Made by a program: the position numbers and the translations under genes. This document shows positions 1 through 8,727 of a DNA stretch of 64,000 bases, in pieces (the stretch's first letter is position 1; each line of letters begins with the position of its first letter). The DNA comes from Acidimicrobiia bacterium (lineage in GTDB: Bacteria; Actinomycetota; Acidimicrobiia; Spongiisociales; UBA5794): positions 32,389-96,388 of the forward strand of contig JBFGCM010000001.1 in the NCBI GenBank assembly GCA_041581135.1. Reading direction: 5' to 3'. Below the pieces are notes generated by a model that saw only the letters and a list, made by a program, of their open reading frames with translations, did no database searches and was not told the origin of the DNA.

Positions 1-834
1 GGCGGCTTCCATCGCGGCGAGGGCGGCGTCGAACCCCTGCTGCACCGCCGCTTCGATGGGGTGGTCGACCCACGGGTGGGGAACGGCCACACGGATCGAC
101 TCGAGGCCGGCGCTCGACGGCGTGACGGGCCGGCGAGCCGACCACGGATCGGCCGGGTCGTGGCCCGCCAGCACCTCATAGACCAGTCTGGCGTCCTCCA
201 CCGTCGCCGTGAGCGGTCCCACGGTGTCGATCGATGCCACCAGCGGGAAGACCCCGGTGAGCGGTATCCGGCCGTGGGTGACCTTGAGACCCACCAAGCC
301 GCACAACGCGGCGGGAACGCGCACCGAACCCCCGGTGTCGGTTCCGATGCCGACGGCGGCGAGCCCGGCAGCGACGGCGGCCGCAGAACCGCCTGAGCTT
401 CCTCCGGGCGAGGTGGCGGGGTCCCACGGATTACGCACGGGCCCGAACCACGGATTCTCGCTGGAGAACCCGAAGGCGAACTCGTGGAGGCCGGTGCGGC
501 CGACGATGACGGCGCCGGCGTCCTCGAGCCGGGTCACCACCGAGGCTGAAGCCGAGGGAGTCTTTCGGTAGAACGAGGATCCGCACGTCGTGGTGCGCCC
601 GGCCTGGTCGATGAGATCCTTGAGCCCGACCGGGACGCCCGCCAGCGGCCCGAGGGTCGTCCCGCCATCGCGGGCAGAGTCGAGCTGCTCGGCTCGTGCC
701 AGGGCCGCTTCCGAGTCGACCGACGTGAACGCGTTGAGTTCGGAGGCGGCGATGCGCTCCAGGTGCTCGACGACCACGGCGCGCACCTGTCGTGTGCCCG
801 ACCGCACATCGGCCGCGATGGCGGCAGCGGTCAT
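1..834 (-). CDS. Amidase-signature family amidase (GatA-like); C-terminus lies beyond the window edge
   Basis: This reverse-strand frame is absent from the ORF track because it runs off the edge. The ATG is at 834-832 (MTAAAIAADVRSG...). The translation contains GGSSGGSAAAVAAGLAAVGIGTDTGGSVRVPAALCG, encoded around 300-400. The start overlaps the stop of the upstream gene (ATGA). Confidence 0.85.
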   Translation of the reverse strand, partial: MTAAAIAADVRSGTRQVRAVVVEHLERIAASELNAFTSVDSEAALARAEQLDSARDGGTTLGPLAGVPVGLKDLIDQAGRTTTCGSSFYRKTPSASASVVTRLEDAGAVIVGRTGLHEFAFGFSSENPWFGPVRNPWDPATSPGGSSGGSAAAVAAGLAAVGIGTDTGGSVRVPAALCGLVGLKVTHGRIPLTGVFPLVASIDTVGPLTATVEDARLVYEVLAGHDPADPWSARRPVTPSSAGLESIRVAVPHPWVDHPIEAAVQQGFDAALAAMEAA

Positions 835-1952
835 GGTTCGATGGTCAGGCTGCCGTCGTTGGGCAGCACCGATATCCAGATGCGGCCCCGGGGCAGGACG
901 AGTGGCTCTCCGTCATCGGTGAGCAGCTCAAAGGGAATGTTTGCCGAATCGCGTTGCCAGGTCCCGGTGATGACCCGACCGCCGTGCAAGACCAGGAGAC
1001 TCCCACTGCCCACTGTGTCTGTGGCCGGCACGGGCTGGCCATCCTCGGGAACCCGGGCCGGGCTCGCGGTGTAGCGCGGCGCCCGGATCACGACCATCGT
1101 GGGCAAGGAGATCTGTTCCTGCTCCGTCCGGTCGCGGTTGACGTCCAGGAACTCGCCGCCGCCGTGGAATCGGAGGTACGTGCCGGTGGTGGCGTCGTAC
1201 TCCCAGACGGCCGAGGTGCCGACGGTGGGCCACCGCATCACCAACCGGGACGCCGGCTCGGTGGGACCGTTGTCGGTGAGCTCGATGTCGTCGAAGAGGA
1301 ACATCGGGGCGGCGGGCGGATCGTCGGGAAAGCCTCTGGTGTCGGCGCGCGCTCTGATCACCTCGGTGTTGCCGTAGGTGCCATGGGGGCGGCGGCGTTC
1401 GGGGATCTTGAAGACCGACCCGATCGAGGCCGATTCCTCGGTGATGAGGTGCGTGCCCTGGCTGCGAGCACGCGCCGCGATCCACACCGAGCTGCCGGAC
1501 ACCGCCAGCGTGGCACCGAGGAAGTTGACCAGCTCCGGATCCGTGGGCCGCAGCGAACGAATCGGTCCCACGAAGTCGCTCGACGACTGGTGGAACAGGG
1601 CGATCCAACGGGTCTGCCCTTCGACGAGCAGCTCGTAGACGGCATCGGCGGCGTTGATGCCCGAGTGGGGACGGGCATTGGGGTGGTTGTCCACCTTGAT
1701 GGCGACGACACGGCGATCGAGCAACGCGTCGTCCTCGACGCGCAGGCCATTGATCGGCGACGGCGTGCCCGGTGGCAGCGTGGTGGTGGTGGTCGTGCTG
1801 GTGGTGGTCGACGCCCGAGTGGTGGTCGGTGCGGCGGTCGTCGTCGGCGTGGTGGTGGTGCTGGTGGTGGTCGTGGAGCCGGCGTCGTCGGAGCCCGAGC
1901 ACGCGACGGCGATCACGGCCAGGACAACGACGATGGCGAGGCGGTGCCGCAT
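831..1952 (-). CDS. DUF3048-family lipoprotein (YerB-like)
   Basis: The 395-aa ORF was trimmed to the internal Met at 1952 (MRHRLAIVVVLAVIAVAC|SG, a lipobox). A Thr-rich linker follows, then the DUF3048-type core VAIKVDNHPNARPHSGINAADAVYELLVEG. Confidence 0.75.
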   Translation of the reverse strand: MRHRLAIVVVLAVIAVACSGSDDAGSTTTTSTTTTPTTTAAPTTTRASTTTSTTTTTTLPPGTPSPINGLRVEDDALLDRRVVAIKVDNHPNARPHSGINAADAVYELLVEGQTRWIALFHQSSSDFVGPIRSLRPTDPELVNFLGATLAVSGSSVWIAARARSQGTHLITEESASIGSVFKIPERRRPHGTYGNTEVIRARADTRGFPDDPPAAPMFLFDDIELTDNGPTEPASRLVMRWPTVGTSAVWEYDATTGTYLRFHGGGEFLDVNRDRTEQEQISLPTMVVIRAPRYTASPARVPEDGQPVPATDTVGSGSLLVLHGGRVITGTWQRDSANIPFELLTDDGEPLVLPRGRIWISVLPNDGSLTIEP

Positions 1953-2153
1953 GTCAGCGAGGAGCCGGGCGGCCGGCCACGTCGGAGGTCGGTGCCGGGC
2001 TGGTCTGGCAAGTCTCACCGTCGCAGCACTCGGCTTGGTTCAGCCCGAACAGCGGGCACTGGTTGTCGATGCACGCACCGTGGCCGTGGATGTACACCAT
2101 CGGCCGCCGGCACCAGGAGCAGGTCATAGGTGGGTTCTAGTCGATGCCGTCGG

Positions 2154-4475
2154 CTACGCATCGGTTTTCGGCACGAGGTGCAGCACGTGCACGGTCGCCG
2201 CTTCCACCGCATCCGGTGACCAGTGGATGGGAACGCCGTCGCCGCGGCGCCACACGCCGGTCATGTCGCGGTAGTGCGGCGACATCGGATTCCCGGACTG
2301 ACCGGATGGCAGTGCCCAGCGGCAATGCTCCCACGCTCCGACGTCGATGCCGGCGCGCATCGAGGCGACGGCGAATGAAGGATCCGCGGTCGGTTCGAGG
2401 GGCGATACCGAGCATTGACCCACGGTGTTGGCGTCGCCGCCCCATGGAAACGGCCCGATGTCGAAGACCCGGTCGAGGGGGCGCCGTCTCCCCACCGGGT
2501 GCTTGAACGTGAGCGGCCGGACCTCGCCCCACGTCCACCGGGTGGGGTCATCTCCGTGGTCGCGCCGCAGCCGTGCCTCCACGGAGCGCAGCGCCGCGAC
2601 GATGACCTCGTCCCACGGTTGGGCGAACCACCCTTCCGGTCGCTGTTCCAACAACGCGGCGAGGTGGCCGGTTCGCCGCACGAAGAACGTGGAGTGGGGC
2701 ACCATGGGGCTGAACCCGAGCCCGAGCGCCCATGCCGCCGAGTTGGGCGCCTTGGCAGTGGCGACCCGGCCCGCCATGTCGGCGACGAACAGCTCGAAAA
2801 CGGTGGCTGCAGCCGAATCGGGTGCCACCTCGCCGTCCCAGGCCTCGAGCAGGTGATGGACCACCGCCATACCGGGCCGGGGGCCGATCAAGACGTGATC
2901 TCGCATCTCGCGCCACGGAAGCGACACCACATCGACCTGCACGCTCAGGCTCGACGCCACGTCCCAGTCGTCGCGTCCGGCCACGATCTCGGCGATTCGA
3001 GCCGCCCGGTACCCGTCGAGCCAATCGGCCCCGAGGTGCGGCCCGTCCGACTGTGCATGGGGGCGGTTGTTGGCGGTGACGACGAAGCCGCCGTCCGGGT
3101 TGAGCGCGAAGGGGAGTTGCGAAGTGGTGACTCGCTCCGCTTCCCAACCCGTGGTCGGCGCCCAGCCCGGCAACGGCAAGGTGCCCTTGCCCGATCTCCG
3201 GACCGGCAGCGTGCCGAAGAGCTGCCAGCCGATGTCGCCGGTGACGTCGGCGTAGGCGAGGTTCAAGCTGGGTCCTGCCCAGTGCTCGCCCGCCGCCTGG
3301 AACTCGCCGAAGGAGCGGATGCGATGCAAAGGCAGTACCAGGGTGGCGACCTGCGGGAACAGCCACGTGGCGCTCAGCGACAGGCTCTCCCGATGTCCCT
3401 CCAGCGGCGGGCCGATGATCGGGCCTCGGCTGGTGACCATCACCTCCTCGACGACCGGCTCCGCCCCGAGCACCTCGATGTGCTCCTCGTGCACCACGCC
3501 GTCCACCCACGCATTGCCCTCGCGGTAGGTGCGGCCATTCACGTCCTCGAGGAACAAATCGGTGTTGTCGGCGAGCCCGGCCGTGACGCCCCACGCCGCG
3601 AATCCGTTGTGTCCAGAGGCGAGCGTGGGAGTGCCCGTCAGGAACCCGCCGGCGAGACCCCATTCGGGGGTGGTCACGTGGCCCAGGTACCACTGGCTGG
3701 GGAGCGTCGGAGCCAAGTGCGGGTCGTTCATCAGGATCGGTCGCCCCGTGCGCGTCTTCGCCGCAGCGATCGCCCAGTTGTTGGAGCCGCCGCCGAGGCC
3801 GGCCACGCTCTGGAGCAGTTCGAGGTCGTGGGCCAGCGTCTCGATGGCCGGTCCCGCCGGCGTGGCGGGGGGCGTGGTCACCGGGTGCCACTCCGGATAC
3901 GTCGGGTCGAGGGCGGCCAGTGCCTCCTCGCCGTCATGGTCGAGGATGTGGAGCCTGGCGAGCTCGGCGTCCCAGTTGGCGGCGAGCGAGAAGGCCTGGA
4001 GACCCACGAGCCCGATCGTGTCATGCGCAGAGAACTCCCCAGGTCGGGTTCGGAGCAAGACGAACTCGTGAGCAGAACGGCCGCTGCGCCGACCGGCGTT
4101 GATCCCAGCGGCGAATGCGGTGAGCGTGCGCAGCTCCTCCGACGGAAGGATGCCGGCGATGTGTTGCGCATTCCGCGCGAAGCCGATACGGCGGGACAGG
4201 CGATCGACGGGAAGGGTCTCCGGTCCGAGGATGGCGCTGAGCGTGCCGGCAACCGCCCGGCTGAGCAGCTCCAGCTGGAAGGACCGATCCTGGCCTTGGC
4301 AGAACCCGAGGCCGTACCAGGCGTCCACATCGGTGTCTGCCTGGATGTGAGGGATGCCGAAGCGATCGCGCCGCACCACGATGCGCCGCTCCGGCCCTTC
4401 GACGCCCAGCACGCCGTCTGTCACGGGGAGGCGTCGCCCGAGAGTGACACCGAAAGCGGCGCGAAAGACGTTCAC
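2154..4475 (-). CDS. Penicillin acylase / Ntn-hydrolase S45 family protein (possibly an acyl-homoserine-lactone acylase type)
   Basis: Contains GGGSNNWAIAAAKTRTGRPILMNDPHL, the Ser nucleophile context of penicillin amidases. The 956-aa track ORF was trimmed to GTG at 4475 because its first ~183 codons overlap the convergently coded methyltransferase. No signal peptide is visible. Confidence 0.8.
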   Translation of the reverse strand: MNVFRAAFGVTLGRRLPVTDGVLGVEGPERRIVVRRDRFGIPHIQADTDVDAWYGLGFCQGQDRSFQLELLSRAVAGTLSAILGPETLPVDRLSRRIGFARNAQHIAGILPSEELRTLTAFAAGINAGRRSGRSAHEFVLLRTRPGEFSAHDTIGLVGLQAFSLAANWDAELARLHILDHDGEEALAALDPTYPEWHPVTTPPATPAGPAIETLAHDLELLQSVAGLGGGSNNWAIAAAKTRTGRPILMNDPHLAPTLPSQWYLGHVTTPEWGLAGGFLTGTPTLASGHNGFAAWGVTAGLADNTDLFLEDVNGRTYREGNAWVDGVVHEEHIEVLGAEPVVEEVMVTSRGPIIGPPLEGHRESLSLSATWLFPQVATLVLPLHRIRSFGEFQAAGEHWAGPSLNLAYADVTGDIGWQLFGTLPVRRSGKGTLPLPGWAPTTGWEAERVTTSQLPFALNPDGGFVVTANNRPHAQSDGPHLGADWLDGYRAARIAEIVAGRDDWDVASSLSVQVDVVSLPWREMRDHVLIGPRPGMAVVHHLLEAWDGEVAPDSAAATVFELFVADMAGRVATAKAPNSAAWALGLGFSPMVPHSTFFVRRTGHLAALLEQRPEGWFAQPWDEVIVAALRSVEARLRRDHGDDPTRWTWGEVRPLTFKHPVGRRRPLDRVFDIGPFPWGGDANTVGQCSVSPLEPTADPSFAVASMRAGIDVGAWEHCRWALPSGQSGNPMSPHYRDMTGVWRRGDGVPIHWSPDAVEAATVHVLHLVPKTDA

Positions 4476-4514
4476 GCGGGCGCAGATTACCGCGCAGCTC
4501 CTACCATCGACCGC

Positions 4515-5114
4515 ATGGAAAACGTGGGCGCCGCCTGGAACGAGCGCTTTGCGGGGAAAGCGTATCTGTTCGGCATCGAGCCGAACCGCTTCGTGGTGGA
4601 GTTGTGCAGCGAGTTCTCGCCGGGTCGGGCGCTCGATCTCGGCTGCGGCGAGGGCCGCAATGCCGTGTGGCTCGCCAACCGGGGACACGAGGTGGTTGCG
4701 GTGGACATCGCGCGCGCCGGACTGGTGAAGGCGGCGCGGCTCGGCGATGCCGCCGGCGTGGAGGTCGAGTGGATCGAGGCCGATCTGCGGGAATGGGTGC
4801 CGGAGCCTTCCACGTTCGATCTCGTCCTGCTGTGTTATCTCCAGCTGCCTGAGGAGAGCCGGGTGAGCGTGCATCGCAGTGCAGCCGCGTCGTTGGTCGA
4901 CGGTGGCCGGCTCGTGCTCATCGCGCACCACTTGGACAACCTGAGCAAGGGCATCGGCGGGCCGCCGACGCCCGATGTGCTGTTCACCGAAGAGGACCTC
5001 CGCCGCGACTTCAGCGATCTCCACGTGGAACGGTTGGAAACCGTCACCCGCCCGGTGGAATCCGAGGCGGGCGTTCGCAACGCCATCGACGTGATCTGCA
5101 TCGCCCGCAAATGA
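4515..5114 (+). CDS. Class I SAM-dependent methyltransferase
   Basis: This is the C-terminal 199 aa of the 899-aa shadow ORF. Motif I is ALDLGCGEGRNAVWLA. The ATG at 4515 was chosen as start. The stop overlaps the start of the next gene (ATGA at 5111-5114). Confidence 0.8.
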   Translation: MENVGAAWNERFAGKAYLFGIEPNRFVVELCSEFSPGRALDLGCGEGRNAVWLANRGHEVVAVDIARAGLVKAARLGDAAGVEVEWIEADLREWVPEPSTFDLVLLCYLQLPEESRVSVHRSAAASLVDGGRLVLIAHHLDNLSKGIGGPPTPDVLFTEEDLRRDFSDLHVERLETVTRPVESEAGVRNAIDVICIARK

Positions 5115-7984
5115 CCGTCCCCACCGACGCGATCATGCGGTTTCTGGCGGACCTCGCCCCGGAGAAGGGTCTGGACGCGACCGTCCATGTGGGGCGGGCC
5201 TCGGATTTCGCCGCGCTCGGGCAGTACCCGATGCCCATCTCGCTGGGATTCGATGGGCGCAGGATCTCGTCTCTGCCCGGCATCCGCACGTCGGACCGCC
5301 TGGAGCGCCTCATCGGCCTGGACGCGCTACGGCCGGCCGAGCGGTTCTTGCGAATCGGCTGGCTCTGGCTGTGTGGGACCGTCGACGAGGATGGACAGGA
5401 GCGGCCGTACTTCCTTCCCTTGCTGTCGGCGTCCGTGACCTTTCACAAACGCGTGTTGCACTACGTGCCACGTATCACAGATGAGCTCGAACTGGTCCAA
5501 GGTCTCGTGCACGATCAGCATGCAGTGGACGAGCTGACGGCCCGAGCGCTCTCGCTCGGCAACAAGATGCCTTCCACGTCTGCCGCGCTCAACGAGGGCA
5601 TGCTGGCGCGCCTCCCGACGCTGCAGCGGTGGGTACACGACATGCTGGACGCCGCCGGGCTGCCTCCGGCCACCCTCAAGGGTGCCGCCGTGCATCCGTG
5701 GTCGCTTCGATCTGGTCCCGGCCTCGCGGTGGCGGTGGGGGCGGCGGTGTACCCACGTCGCGACGCCGGCGCAGTGGGTCTGCGCGACACCCTCCAAGCC
5801 TGGTCGGGCGTTGACGTGTCGCAGACGGCGTTCGGCCACGTGTACGAAGGGGCGGGAACGGTCGCAGGGGCCGATGTGGAGTCGATCGAATCTCCGTTCC
5901 CGTTGAATCGGGCGCAGCGGGATGCCATCTCGCGTGCTCGAGAGCAGGCGGTGACCGTCGTGGCGGGACCGCCGGGCACCGGCAAGAGCCACCTTGCGGC
6001 GGCACTCGCCGTCGACGAGGTGGCACGCGGCAACAGTGTGCTCGTCGCCACCCAGAGCGAACACGCCGCCGATGTCATCGTCGACATGCTCGACCGCTAC
6101 CCGGGACCGCAACACGTTCGCTTCGGTGATCGCGCCCACCGCGAGCGCACGGCGCTCGCCTTGGCGGACGGGCTGGCCGCTCCACTCCATCACGCCGAGG
6201 TGGCGGAACTGCACGAGCGACTCGACACGGCTCGGATCCGGAGAAGCGGCGTGCTGGTTCGGATCCACGAAGAGCTGGCACGGGAGCTTGCCCTGGTGGA
6301 GGGGCTGCAAACCCGGACGAGGTTGGCCGCCCTGTCAGCGCTGGTGCCGAACGTCGACGACCCCGCCTTCGACGTCGGCGCAGTCGTGAAGGCAGAGTCG
6401 CGGTTGGATGCCACCGGCTTGTTCGGCGGGAGCCGCCGCCGGCGCGCGGAGCGGCGCCTCCGCAAGCTGTTGGGAGCGGCTCCGGTGGTCTCCATCGATG
6501 ACCTGCGGCGCGGTACCGAACTCGCACGTGCTGAAGGTGCGGTTCGCGCCGGCCTGGCCGGCGGCGGGGTGAGCCTCACGGGACTGTGGGACGCACTGGA
6601 CGCAGCCGAGATCGCTGTGCGTGAAGCCGCAGGAGCGGTGGTGGAGGCGAGGCGCCGACACCGCCACAACGATGCCGGGCTCTCCAGCCGGGCCGTGGCG
6701 GCGCTGGCCTCGGCGCTCCGCGCCGGAGCCGTGCGTCGTCGGACCATATTGGGCGAGATGCGCGCCCAGCACTTCCTCGACGTGCTTCCGTTGTGGGTGG
6801 GGACGCTGACGGAGATCGACCAGACGCTGCCGCTGGAACCTGGTGTCTTCGATGTCGTCATCTTCGACGAGGCGTCACAGATCGATCAGCTCCGCGCCGC
6901 GGCAGCACTGTCGCGTGCCAAGCGAGTCGTGGTCCTCGGCGATCCGCGACAGCTGCGCCACGTGTCGTTCGTATCGGACGAGAGGATGGACGGTGCCGCC
7001 GAAGCTCACGACATCCACGGCGCCCTGCGCGGGATGCTCGACGTGCGACGCAACAGTCTCTACGACGTCGCGGCAGGTCTGGGAGACGTGGTGCATCTCG
7101 ATGAGCACTTCCGCTCGATCCCGCACATCATCGGTTTCTCCGATCGGCAGTTCTACGACGGTCGGCTCCGCTTGATGACGCAGCACCCTGCCAACGAGGC
7201 AGCCGATGGCATCCACATACGGACGGTGGAGGGGCAACGCAACGACGACGGCGTCAATGCCGAGGAGGTGCGTGCCGCGGTCGAGGTGGTGCACGAAGCC
7301 ACCCGGCACGGCGAGACCAGCATCGGGGTGGTGACGCCGTTCCGTGCCCAGGCCGATGCACTGGCCGAGGCGCTGCTGGCCGAGTTCGGCCCCGAGGAAC
7401 TCGAGCGCTTCGGTATCAGAGCCGGCACCGTGCACCAGTTCCAGGGGGCGGAGCGTGACGTGATGATCGTGTCATTGGCCATCAGCCAGGCGGATCTGAG
7501 CTCCTCGCTCCGGTTCATCTCCGATCCGAACCTGTTCAACGTGATGATCACCCGGGCGAGGCGGCGCATGGTGGTGGTCACCTCGGTGGCCCCGATCGAC
7601 TACCCCACCGGGCTGGTCGAGGACTACCTGGAGTATGCCCACCATCCTCCCCAACCGTCGGCCCGTTCCGATGTTCCTCCCGGGTGGATCGGCGAGCTGA
7701 CCACGAGGCTCCGCGGCTACTCCGTGCTGGTGGTGCCGAACTACCCCGTAGCGGGGTGGACCATCGACATGGCCGTGGGTAGGGGAGAGGCCGCGTTCGG
7801 CGTGGAGTGCGAAGTGCATCCAGACGGTCTGGACGCCCACGTCGAGCGCCACTTGGCGCTACGTCGTGCCGGCTGGACGATGACTGACGCGTTCATGAGC
7901 CGCTGGCTCGCCCAGCAGGACGAGGCGGTCGACTCGCTGGTCGCCGCGGTCATGGCGCGCGATCCGGACTTCACAAAGGCTTGA
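5111..7984 (+). CDS. SF1 (Upf1/DNA2-like) helicase with C-terminal restriction-endonuclease-like (DUF559/Vsr-like) domain
   Basis: Walker A is VVAGPPGTGKSH and Walker B is VVIFDEASQ. Helicase motifs GDPRQL, TVHQFQGAERD and VMITRARRR are present. The C-terminal ~100 aa (GWTIDMAVG...GVECEVHPD...RRAGW) resemble the REase-like module common on these helicases. Confidence 0.8.
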   Translation: MTVPTDAIMRFLADLAPEKGLDATVHVGRASDFAALGQYPMPISLGFDGRRISSLPGIRTSDRLERLIGLDALRPAERFLRIGWLWLCGTVDEDGQERPYFLPLLSASVTFHKRVLHYVPRITDELELVQGLVHDQHAVDELTARALSLGNKMPSTSAALNEGMLARLPTLQRWVHDMLDAAGLPPATLKGAAVHPWSLRSGPGLAVAVGAAVYPRRDAGAVGLRDTLQAWSGVDVSQTAFGHVYEGAGTVAGADVESIESPFPLNRAQRDAISRAREQAVTVVAGPPGTGKSHLAAALAVDEVARGNSVLVATQSEHAADVIVDMLDRYPGPQHVRFGDRAHRERTALALADGLAAPLHHAEVAELHERLDTARIRRSGVLVRIHEELARELALVEGLQTRTRLAALSALVPNVDDPAFDVGAVVKAESRLDATGLFGGSRRRRAERRLRKLLGAAPVVSIDDLRRGTELARAEGAVRAGLAGGGVSLTGLWDALDAAEIAVREAAGAVVEARRRHRHNDAGLSSRAVAALASALRAGAVRRRTILGEMRAQHFLDVLPLWVGTLTEIDQTLPLEPGVFDVVIFDEASQIDQLRAAAALSRAKRVVVLGDPRQLRHVSFVSDERMDGAAEAHDIHGALRGMLDVRRNSLYDVAAGLGDVVHLDEHFRSIPHIIGFSDRQFYDGRLRLMTQHPANEAADGIHIRTVEGQRNDDGVNAEEVRAAVEVVHEATRHGETSIGVVTPFRAQADALAEALLAEFGPEELERFGIRAGTVHQFQGAERDVMIVSLAISQADLSSSLRFISDPNLFNVMITRARRRMVVVTSVAPIDYPTGLVEDYLEYAHHPPQPSARSDVPPGWIGELTTRLRGYSVLVVPNYPVAGWTIDMAVGRGEAAFGVECEVHPDGLDAHVERHLALRRAGWTMTDAFMSRWLAQQDEAVDSLVAAVMARDPDFTKA

Positions 7985-8056
7985 CACCGGCCTGAGATGC
8001 CGCTGAACCGGCGTCGTGCACGATGTCGCCACCCGCCACACAGGAGTGCACTCGAC

Positions 8057-8578
8057 ATGAAGCCTTCCCGTATCGCCGCCGCCATCAGCGCCGGCATCCT
8101 GGCCGTTCCGATCATCGCCATCGCTGCCATTGCGATGCTCGCCGAGCCGGAGGTCCCGGCAGAGCCGGCTGTGGCGACGGTCGCCTCGACGACCGACACC
8201 ACGTCGACCTCCACCACCGTCACCACATCGACCTCGACCACCCTGCCCTCCTCCCCGTCTACGTCGGATCCCGGTTCGCACGTGCTCGACGACGACGATC
8301 AAGGCCATCACCATGGGGGTGACGACCACGGCGAGCACCATGGGGGTGATGATGACGGCCGTCACCATGGGGGTGACGACCACGGCGAGCACCATGGGGG
8401 TGACGATGACGGCCGTCACCATGGGGGTGACGATCATGGGGAGCACCATGGTGACGATGACGACGACGAGGAGGATGACGAGGACGACGAGGATGACGAG
8501 GACGACGAGGATGACGAGGACGATGACGACGATGACGACGAGGACGATGACGACGATGACGATGAGGACGAGGACTGA
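8057..8578 (+). CDS. Membrane-anchored His-rich repeat / poly-acidic tail protein (hypothetical, putative metal binder)
   Basis: The ATG at 8057 is preceded by CAGGAG. The protein has an N-terminal TM/signal segment (AAAISAGILAVPIIAIAAIAML) and a Thr/Ser linker. It then has five HHGGDD(H/D)G(E/R) units and ends in a pure Asp/Glu tract. Confidence 0.6.
   Translation: MKPSRIAAAISAGILAVPIIAIAAIAMLAEPEVPAEPAVATVASTTDTTSTSTTVTTSTSTTLPSSPSTSDPGSHVLDDDDQGHHHGGDDHGEHHGGDDDGRHHGGDDHGEHHGGDDDGRHHGGDDHGEHHGDDDDDEEDDEDDEDDEDDEDDEDDDDDDDEDDDDDDDEDED
8309..8575 (+). repeat. In-frame coding tandem repeats: 27/54-nt HHGGDDxGx units followed by GAC/GAT/GAG (Asp/Glu) triplet tract
   Basis: Read directly: caccatgggggtgacgaccacggcgag alternates with caccatgggggtgatgatgacggccgt. 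This is followed by gacgaggatgacgaggac-type triplets up to the stop codon. Confidence 0.9.
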
Positions 8579-8682
8579 GGAGTCACCGACGGGTCGCCGT
8601 CAGTCCATCGCCGCACGGCCCGTGTGAGCAACTCGGGGGACCGTGAGCATCTCGGGGGACGCCGGGCGTCGACACGGCCCAC

Positions 8683-8719
8683 CCCCGCCGCAGTACCGGC
8701 AAGGCGTGCTGCCGTGGGG
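8683..8719. terminator. Possible bidirectional hairpin between convergent genes
   Basis: ccccgccgcag (8683-8693) pairs with ctgccgtgggg (8709-8719) at 10 of 11 positions around a 15-nt loop. There is no U-tract on either strand, so the call is weak. Confidence 0.25.
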
Positions 8720-8727
8720 CGGAGCGG

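Noticed and set aside
2415-4514. Upstream ~700 codons of the 899-aa plus-strand ORF (2415..5114), antisense to the penicillin acylase gene
   Set aside because: The translation is Arg/Gly/Pro/Ala-rich low-complexity sequence with no motifs. It is a typical high-GC shadow frame. Only the last 199 aa (methyltransferase, 4515-5114) look like a real protein.
8300-8580. Possible CRISPR array or other non-coding tandem repeat (also considered for 18361-19393)
   Set aside because: The repeats are contiguous with no unique spacers. They are multiples of 3 nt and lie in frame within ORFs, so they are coding repeats.
7859-8682. Minus-strand ORFs with MVTAVIVTPMV repeats (7859..8449) and a poly-Ser run (8434..8682)
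   Set aside because: These are the reverse-complement images of the His-Gly-Asp repeats and the GAC/GAG tract. The plus-strand frame has an RBS, a signal/TM segment and a coherent architecture, so the antisense ORFs are treated as artefacts.
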